Both the position numbers and the translations under genes were made by a program. The notes beneath the pieces are model-generated. The model had not been told where the DNA came from. It was given only the letters and a program-made list of their open reading frames with translations, and made no database searches. From the NCBI GenBank assembly GCA_964016885.1, contig OZ024740.1, forward strand, positions 369,830,001 through 369,894,000: 64,000 bases of DNA, given 5' to 3'. Below are positions 55,901 to 64,000 of the stretch, one piece after another (positions within the stretch are counted from its first letter, which is position 1; every line of letters begins with the position of its first letter). The DNA is from Eledone cirrhosa (Eukaryota).

Positions 55901-58900
55901 TAACAGCTGTACTAAGAGTGGGAAATGAATTAGTGTTTCATTTTTTCCGTTTATCGTTTTCGGTGCACCCGGCCGATCAACCCACTCGATATGCAAATTG
56001 GGCTACTCAGCCGTTAATATGAATAAGGTAAGTATATACGTTCAACAATCTGGCAGCGAGGTATACGTTGCTGACGATAGCTAATAAGCTTGAAACTAGT
56101 ACAACGCTGCTTTGTCAGTGTTGAACAAACGAGCAACGGTGGTTGCTAGAAGACTACGGCTTAATAAGGGATGCTTGTTTACAAACACACCGAGCATTAT
56201 AATAAATGTTCGGTGAATCCATAAGTGCATATATGTATATATGTGTGCATGTATGTATATATATATACATACTACTGTACGTTTTTATACATATATGTAT
56301 GTACGTGTACATACTTATATTTAAATAACAGCGGTACTAAGAGTGGGAAATGAAATATCGTTTCATTTTTTCCGTTTATCGTTTTCGGTGCACCCGGCCG
56401 ATCAACCTACTCGATGTGCAAATTGGGCTACTCAGCCGTTAATATGCATAAGGTAAGTATATACGTTCAACAATCTGGCAGGAAGGTATACGTTGCTAAC
56501 GATAGCTAACAAGCTTGAAACTAGTACAGCGTTCCTTTGTCAGTGTTGAACAAACGAGCAACGGTGGTTGATAGACACTACGGCTTAATACAGGATGTTT
56601 GTTTACAAACACACCGAGCATTATAATAAATGCTCGGTGAATCCTTACGTGCATATACATATGCGTGCATGTATATATATATATATATATATACTACTGT
56701 ACGTCTGTATACATATATGTATGTACGTGTACATACTTATATTTAAGTACCAGCTGTACTAAGAGTGGGAAATGAATTAGTGTTTCATTTTTTCCGTTTA
56801 TCGTTTTCGGTGCACTCGGCCGATCAACCCACTCGATATGCAAATTGGGCTACTCAGACGTTAATATGCATAAGGTAAGTATATACGTTCAACAATCTGG
56901 CAGGAAGGTATACGTTGCTGACGATAGCTAACAAGCTTGAAACTAGTACGGCGTTGCTTTGTCAGTGTTGAACAAACGAGCAACGGTGGTTGCTAGACAC
57001 TACGGCTTAATACGGGATGTTTGTTTACAAACACACCGAGCATTATAATAAATGTTCGGTGAATCCATACGTGCGTTTATATATGTGTGATGTATGTATA
57101 TATACATACTACTGTACGTCTGTATACATATATGTATGTACGTGTACATACTTATATTTAAGTAACAGCCGTACTAAGAGTGGGTAATTAAATATCGTTT
57201 CATTTTTTCCGTTTATCGTTTTCGGTCCACCCGGCCGATCAACCCACTCGGTATGCAAATTGGGCTACTCAGCCGTTAATATGCATAAGGTAAATATATA
57301 CGTTCAACAATCTGGCAGGAAGGTATACGTTGCTGACGATAGCTAACCAGCTTGAAACTAGTACAGCGTTCCTTTGTCAGTGTTGAACAAACGAGCAACG
57401 GTGGTTGTTAGAAGACTACGGCTTAATAAGGGATGCTTGTTTACAAACACACCGAGCATTATAATAAATGTTCGGTGAATCCATACGTGCATATATGTAT
57501 ATATGTGTGCATGTATGTATATATATATACATACTACTGTACGTTTGTATTCATATATGTATATACGTGTACATACTTATATTTAAATAACAGCCGTACT
57601 AAGAGTGGGAAATGAAATATCGTGTCATTTTTTCCGTTTAACGTTTTCGGTGCACCCGGCCGATACAACCACTCGATATGCAAATTGGGCTACTCAGCCG
57701 TTAATATGCATGATGTAAGTATATACGTTCAACAATCTGGCAGGAAGGTATACTTAGCTGACGATAGCTAACAAGCTTGAAACTAGTACAGCGTTCCTTT
57801 GTCAGTGTTGAACAAACGAGCAACGGTGGTTGATAGACACTACGGCTTAATACAGGATGTTTGTTTACAAACACACGGAGCATTATAATAAATGCTCGGT
57901 GAATCCTTACGTGCATATACATATGCGTGCATGTATATATATATATATATACTACTGTACGTCTGTATACATATATGTATGTACGTGTACATACTTATAT
58001 TTAAGTAACAGCTGTACTAAGAGTGGGAAATGAATTAGTGTTTCATTTTTTCCGTTTATCATTTTCGGTGCACTCGGCCGATCAACCCACTCGATATGCA
58101 AATTGGGCTACTCAGCCGTTAATATGCATAAGGTAAGTATATACGTTCAACAATCTGGCAGGAAGGTATACGTTGCTGACGATAGCTAATAAGCTTGAAA
58201 CTAGTACAGCGTTGCTTTGTCAGTGTTGAACAAACGAGCAACGGTGGTTGCTAGAAGACTACGGCTTAATAAGGGATGCTTGTTTACAAACACACCGAGC
58301 ATTATAATAAATGTTCGGTGAATCCATACGTGCATATATGTATATATGTGTGCATGTATGTATATATATATACATACTACTGTACGTTTGTATTCATATA
58401 TGTATGTACGTGTACATACTTATATTTAAATAACAGCCGTACTAAGAGTGGGAAATGAAATATCGTGTCATTTTTTCCGTTTATCGTTTTCGGTGCACCC
58501 GGCCGATACAACCACTCGATATGCAAATTGGGCTACTCAGCCGTTAATATGCATGAGGTAAGTATATACGTTCAACAATCTGGCAGGAAGGTATACGTTG
58601 CTGACGATAGCTAACAAGCTTGAAACTAGTACGGCGTTGCTTTGTCAGTGTTGAACAAACGAGCAACGGTGGTTGCTAGACACTACGGCTTAATACGGGA
58701 TGTTTGTTTACAAACACACCGAGCATTATAATAAATGTTCGGTGAATCCATACGTGCGTTTATATATGTGTGATGTATGTATATATACATACTACTGTAC
58801 GTCTGTATACATATATGTATGTACGTGTACATACTTATATTTAAGTAACAGCCGTACTAAGAGTGGGTAATTAAATATCGTTTCATTTTTTCCGTTTATC

Positions 58901-60316
58901 GTTTTCGGTCCACCCGGCCGATCAACCCACTCGGTATGCAAATTGGGCTACTCAGCCGTTAATATGCATAAGGTAAATATATACGTTCAACAATCTGGCA
59001 GGAAGGTATACGTTGCTGACGATAGCTAACCAGCTTGAAACTAGTACAGCGTTCCTTTGTCAGTGTTGAACAAACGAGCAACGGTGGTTGCTAGACACTA
59101 CGGCTTAATAAGCGATGTTTGTTTACAAACACACCGAGCATTATAATAAATGTTCGGTGAATCCATAAGTGCATATATGTATATATGTGTGCATGTATGT
59201 ATATATATATATATATATACATAAGTGCATGTATGTATATATATATATATATACATACATGTTCGGTGAATCCATAAGTGCATATATGTATATATGTGTG
59301 CATGTATGTATATATATATATATATAGATAAGTGCATGTATATATATATATATATATACATACTACTGTACGTCTGTATACATATATGTATGTTACATGT
59401 ACATACTTATATTTAAGTAACAGCCGTACTAAGAGTGCGAAATGAAATACTGTTTCATTTTTTCCGTTTATCGTTTTCGGTGCACCCAGCCGATCAACCC
59501 ACTCGATATGCAAATTGGGTTACTCAGCCGTTAATATGCATAAGGTAAGTATATACGTTCAACAATCTGGCAGCAAGGTATACGTTGCTGACGATAGCTA
59601 ATAAGCTTGAAACTAGTACAGCGTTCGTTTGTCAGTGTTGAACAAACGAGCAACGGTGGTTGCTAGAAGACTACGGCTTAATACGGGATGTTTGTTCACG
59701 AACACACCGAGCTTTATAAGAAATGTTCGGTGAATCTATACGTGCATTTATATATGTGTGCATGTATGTATATATATATACATATTACTGTACGTCTGTA
59801 TACATATATGTATGTTACGTGTACATACTTATATTTAAGTAACAGCCGTACTAAGAGTGGGAAATGAAATATCGTTTCATTTTTTCCGTTTATCGTTTTC
59901 GGTGCACCCGGCCGATCAAACCACTCGATAAGCAAATTGGGCTACTCAGCCGTTAATATGCATAAGGTAAGTATATACGTTCAACAATCTGGCAGCAAGG
60001 TATACGTTGCTGACGATAGCTAATAAGCTTGAAACTAGTACAGCGTTGCTTTGTCAGTGTTGAACAAACGAGCAACGGTGGTTGCTAGAAGACTACGGCT
60101 TAATAAGGGATGCTTGTTTATAAACACACCGAGCATTATAATAAACGTTCGGTGAATCCATAAGTGCATATATGTATATATGTGTGCATGTATGTATATA
60201 TATATACATACTACTGTACGTTTGTATACATATATGTATGTACGTGTACATACTTATATTTAAGTAACGGCCGTACTAAGAGTGGGAAATGAAATATCGT
60301 TTCATTTTTACCGTTT
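52986..60316 (+). repeat. Tandem array of 17 ~420-bp hammerhead-containing units (retrozyme / ribozyme satellite)
   Basis: Cores at 53121, 53542, 53958, 54379, 54797, 55222, 55643, 56071, 56496, 56918, 57333, 57758, 58176, 58601, 59016, 59588 and 60010. Confidence 0.95.
53115..53157 (+). ncRNA. Minimal type I hammerhead ribozyme (first of 17 in the array)
   Basis: ACGTTG-CTGACGA-t AGCT aaca AGCT t-GAAA-CTAG-TA-CAGCGT. Predicted cleavage after GUA at 53151. Confidence 0.85.
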
Positions 60317-61129
60317 ATATATATATATATATATATATATTTGTGTGTGTGTGTACGTATGTATGTGCGTGCGCTTTTATATGCACGCATGTATCTTGTG
60401 CGCATGTGTGGTGTGTTATGTTTGTGCAATGTTTGCATACTTATAACATTAAAGTCTTTTTTGTATTTCAAATTTTAGGTCTACTTTAGGCTAAACTCTT
60501 GAAAAATAACAAATAAATTAAACATAATATACAATTACAACTGAAATAAATAAGATATTATTTGCATTGTATCTTATCGTATACTAGAAGACACATTGAA
60601 TAAATTGAATGATGTACAGACATGCGTAACATTTTTTCAAATAATGAGAAATTCAAACCAGCGCAAAGAAATTGCAGAAAGTTTATCAATGCCAAGTCAA
60701 ATAATTAACGTTACAAAGATTTTCAATCAATATGAAATTGAATCCAGTTGGAATTGAAATGTTTGAGACAATACACTGCAGCAACTTCACAGATTAGCCA
60801 AACCATCAATTTTCTTCACATCCAAATCTTTTGACAATTTAGATTCATATTTCAATAGATTAAAAGAAAATAAGAAGTATTATATATTAAATGAAACATG
60901 AAATTCATATATCCAAGTGACTGTATGTAATAAATATATGTATGTGCCTATGTATCTACATATATGAATTGTACGAAAAAAAAGAAAAAATTACACAAAA
61001 TCTAGTCGGTACATGAATATTTATTTCGTATTAGAGTAAACGTTGATATATTGATAATGTCATTTTATGTAAGTCTAATAGTTATAATGTTCTTGTTGCA
61101 TATGATAAAGAGGTTACATAGATATAGCC

Positions 61130-61720
61130 GCTATCTCAGAGACAGGACTTAATGGTGATTGTCAGTGTGATATTTGATGAGGTAATTGCAAGTTTTTTGT
61201 GTTTTCTTTTTTTTCTAGAAGAATTCTAAAGATGAGCGCACTCATGACAGTGTTAAGTGTTCAGACTGTTGGGAAATGCTTCAGAAATTGGAAAATATTT
61301 CTATCCCTACAAGCGACAGATTGGTGGCTATGTGCCTGCTCCTGAAATGTGGGCACACTCCGTTATTGCTAATTAATTCTGATGAAGGCAAAATGTTACT
61401 TTATGTACAGGTTGAAGCTGTAATGAGGAAAATGTCCACCTCAGACAATGTCAATTTACTGAAGGACTTTACTGCCAAGGCTGGAATTGATAATCACGCA
61501 CGGACCTGTCTTAGGCATTTCATTGTAGGGAAGTTGAATAGCAACCGTCTCTTCGAAATTTGATAATTTACTGTTTATATTGCCAGCTCAATTTACTGTC
61601 GAAAAGGTTTATACAACAGCATGAATACATCCGAGTTCTAACACTTTGCACTTATTGGATTATGTAACTGTTCGCAAGTATGATGTTTGTAATATCTTGA
61701 ATGTCAAATATTTTCATCAT
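61130..61720 (+). mobile_element. Decayed RTE LINE endonuclease fragment
   Basis: SDRLVAM...LLKDFTAKAG...VGKLNSN...HLLDYV. An RT remnant lies near 62460-62570. Confidence 0.65.
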
Positions 61721-61967
61721 TCATATTTTGTAGTGAAATGATAATAATTAAAATGAAAGGAAAGTGGGGATTAGTTATAGTTACTCAGCAATTGAAACTA
61801 CTTAAGCTATACCATAATGCAAAGATAACGTATCTTGAGAATTCTGTATTCAGCATGGATGTGACAACATTGAAATTATTTCACGACAATGTACTACTCT
61901 AATATTGTGACATACTATGGTGGCATTCACATCGTACACAAGATTCCTGCGCTTATTACCTTAGTGA

Positions 61968-62190
61968 TGGCCGAGGATTGGCAAAATATTTAGAGAGTTG
62001 GATGAAATGAACTGCAGTCTCTTGTTATGGTTCTCAATATAAATGTTTCAAATCCCGCCAAGGACAACCTTTCCTTCATTCTTCCTGGCTCCATTAAATA
62101 ATGTATCGTTCAACTTCTGTGGGTGATTTCATCAACCCTCCCTTCTCCCAAATTATTGGCCGTGTTCCTAAATTAAAAACCAATATTATC
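61968..62190 (+). mobile_element. Old tRNA-derived SINE copy
   Basis: TGGCAAAAT...TTCAAATCCCGCC...CCTTTCCTTCATTC...GGCCGTGTTCCTAAATTAAAAACCAATATTA. Confidence 0.6.
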
Positions 62191-62929
62191 TATGTATGGA
62201 GGGATGGTACTGTTCTTAAGACTGGAGAGTAGCAATTATGCCGTCTCTTCATAAAAGAAAGAGTATCAGAATAAAGTTCAACTATTATCGTTCATTCTTC
62301 TATGATTTTTTTGGCAGAGTTCTAGCAAGTACACTTATCTCTTGCCTGTTATAAATGCATTTCCTAAATCTTAATGTGATTTCCATTTTGGTCGATACCG
62401 ATCGTTTTCACAACAATATAGATGCATAATAAGTGCAATGAGCCTAACGTAAGTCTTATCTAAGTCTTCATTGATGTAATAGCCTTCCACGAGTCAACAA
62501 TACACTTTATAATGGATTTCTGGGAAAGTATTCGACAAACTTGATTGTCCAAATGAATTTATTCAAAGATTGCTATTGTAATATATTGTCAGGGATCTAC
62601 TAACCATAATAAGATACATGGACGTGCCGAAGGTATACTTTTAAGAACTTTAGTGGTTATTACTTTTATTCTTATGTATGCTTCTTTTCCCCTCATGCTT
62701 TCCTTAACTTTACTTTCTTTTGTATCTCCCTTACCCCTGTATTTCTTTCATTCTCTCTACACCCAGCTACTCTTTTTCCGTAGATATTTAAATATTTCTA
62801 AGGTTTCCAAAAGTATCTGATTTCTTCAAACTCATGCCTTGATTCTCATCCCTGGCCTCAGCAGGATATCACGATTTTAACAACTGCTGGAATGCATTGG
62901 GCTTATCGGGACATTGTGTATTTATATAT

Positions 62930-63990
62930 TTACTCTTGGAGAAACAGATATGAACTTTCCCGATATAATGTATGACTCTCTTTGTTTATTTTCTATATGA
63001 ATATTGATTGTTAGTTCTTTTATCTCATTCTGTTATTTTGCCCGATAAAATATCTATATGTGTCATTTAGCGGTGCGCACATATGAATATTTTTTCATAT
63101 CCAATTGGGTTCTTAGCACGTGGCTTGAATTCTTGTCAGAGTTCAACGACCTGCGCATGTATTGTTTTTAGCGGTAGGCTCCTTCCTCGCATTTTCGGGA
63201 CAGTGTGAGATCTTCTTTAGAACTGCTGGACTAACAACCTAGCAGCTCCCTCAAACAATGATGGTGATTATCGCTAAATATTGATGATGATTTGGTTATC
63301 AATATTAATATTATTGGCTTACCCACTGAAGATTTATAAAAGCCCACTTGAATAATTATCTGTTGATCTTATACAAGCTTCAACCTAACTTGGTATATTT
63401 TCACCAAATTTTTTGAAATCTTATAATGAAACGAGTCGTCTGGGAAATAATCGATTTGATATATCTCATCTGAAATAATACAGCCAATTATCCACACAAT
63501 TCAATACAGTTAGCACCCAAACGTTTAATTGGGAATATACTCACGTATTTCCTAATGTTTGTTGAGTGAGTTGTAATTTTCCCGGAGTATCGCTATTAGC
63601 TTTCTCCGATTATGTATTTATATAATTACTCTTGGAGCAACAGATATGAACTTTCCCCATATAAGGTATGACTCTCTTTGTTTATTTTTTATATGAATAT
63701 TGATTGTTTTTTCTGGTTTCACATTCTGTTATTTTGCCCGATGAAATATCTATATGTGTCATTTAGCGGTGCGCACATATGAATATTTTTTCATATCCAA
63801 TTGAGTTCTTAGCACGTGACTTGAATTCTTGTCAGAGTTCAACGACCTGCGCATGTATTGTTTTTGGCGGTAGCCTCCTTCCTCCCATTTTCGGGACAGT
63901 GTGAGATTTTCTTTAGAACTGCTGGACTAACAGCCTACCAGCTCCCTCAAACACTGATGGTGATTATCTCAAACACTGATGGTGATTATC
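62930..63990 (-). mobile_element. Decayed PLE (thumb/GIY-YIG remnant) with a ~695-bp-period direct duplication
   Basis: 62932-63290 recurs at 63627-63990. Minus-strand YFIGQN..MR remnant. Confidence 0.55.
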
Positions 63991-64000
63991 GATTTGGTTA

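Noticed and set aside
52986-60316. Array as CRISPR locus or as tandem protein-coding genes (e.g. MLVYKHTEHYNKC ORFs)
   Set aside because: Eukaryotic context, no unique spacers or cas genes, and ORF frames break with TA-length changes between units.

Overview
AT-rich, microsatellite-dense animal genomic DNA. The SINE and repeat content suggests an octopus or other cephalopod (inference). Almost all listed ORFs are microsatellite noise. No intact protein-coding gene is evident, apart from two tentative short minus-strand exons that splice in frame. The window is mostly decayed mobile elements: several Penelope-like elements (PLEs, two clear Naiad-type RT+GIY-YIG copies with inverted termini), an RTE LINE, an R4/Dong LINE end, a mariner, Helitron-type elements, tRNA-derived SINEs and a 5S rRNA pseudogene. 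The main signal is an unusually dense set of type I hammerhead ribozyme (HHR) motifs. (1) A 7.3-kb tandem array of 17 highly structured ~420-bp units (52986-60316), each carrying a minimal HHR with a palindromic stem III, plus dispersed inverted copies. (2) A 317-bp tandem/inverted repeat family and an unrelated element whose HHR cores carry the compensatory U3-A8 variant. (3) Several further solitary HHRs. Together these look like non-coding 'retrozyme' families mobilised by PLE machinery into (TA)n tracts. All alignments and folds were made by eye.
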